Positions 44,840 through 44,986 of a stretch of 44,986 nt of DNA are shown one piece after another. A program made the translations under genes and the position numbers. The stretch's first letter is position 1. Each line of letters opens with the position of its first letter. The notes beneath the pieces were generated by a model. It was not told where the DNA came from. It saw nothing but the letters and a program-made list of their open reading frames with translations, and made no database searches. Origin of the DNA: an uncultured Pseudomonadota bacterium (lineage in GTDB: Bacteria; Pseudomonadota; Alphaproteobacteria; UBA3830); assembly GCA_902790255.1 (NCBI GenBank), contig CADARG010000001.1:1-44986 (forward strand), given 5' to 3'.

Positions 44840-44986
44840 CATTTTATAATCTAAATTAGAGAGAAAAATTGATACCGTAAAAGATTTGAGAGTATTCATA
44901 TAAATATATCAACGGATTGAAGCAGGAGTTGAAGAGGAGAAGAGTCGAAAGAGAGAGCGAAAAGCAACTTTAAAGAAGCATTGAGC

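Noticed and set aside
44880-44986. A purine-rich stretch (gaagaggagaagagtcgaaagagagagcgaaaag) at the right window edge as a possible gene start or RNA
   Set aside because: All three forward frames hit stops before the window end. No recognisable RNA motif is present, and the sequence is too short and truncated to call.
1-44986. CRISPR arrays, rRNA genes, IS elements, prophage, toxin-antitoxin pairs and restriction-modification genes
   Set aside because: I looked for regularly spaced direct repeats, transposase, integrase or recombinase motifs and small paired ORFs, and found none. All sizeable ORFs are accounted for by housekeeping, T6SS, Tad or the few unknown exported proteins.

Overview
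This is an AT-rich, gene-dense chromosomal segment with no rRNA, CRISPR array, transposase, integrase or phage genes visible. The backbone is housekeeping genes in an order typical of Alphaproteobacteria. These include rne, accB-accC, ssb, gyrA, rlmH, fabD, rpmI-rplT, dksA, lepB-rnc-era-recO, pntAA, metG-tatD, rpoZ, kdsB, infA and rpsF-rpsR, plus tRNA-Val(GAC) and tRNA-Leu(GAG). The short intergenic gaps, overlapping genes and frequent TTG/GTG starts suggest a host-associated or reduced-genome alphaproteobacterium (Holosporales/Rickettsiales-like), but this is inference only. Two envelope machines sit inside this backbone. (1) A tight tssK-tssL-tssM-(small ORF)-tssA block at 11.8-19.2 kb encodes the type VI secretion membrane complex, a baseplate component and TssA. 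No sheath, tube, spike, ClpV or TssJ gene is in the window. Just upstream lie two exported proteins of unknown function, one of which is a sirtuin-fold protein lacking the catalytic His and the Zn module. (2) A Caulobacter-type Tad/Cpa pilus locus (cpaA-B-C-D-E-F-tadB-tadC, 33.0-41.6 kb) has no flp pilin or pseudopilin gene next to it, and several components are atypical. The best candidate for something new is the orphan T6SS sub-cluster together with the adjacent exported sirtuin-like protein and the unannotated 52-codon ORF. All functional calls come from motif recognition by eye, and no database search was run.
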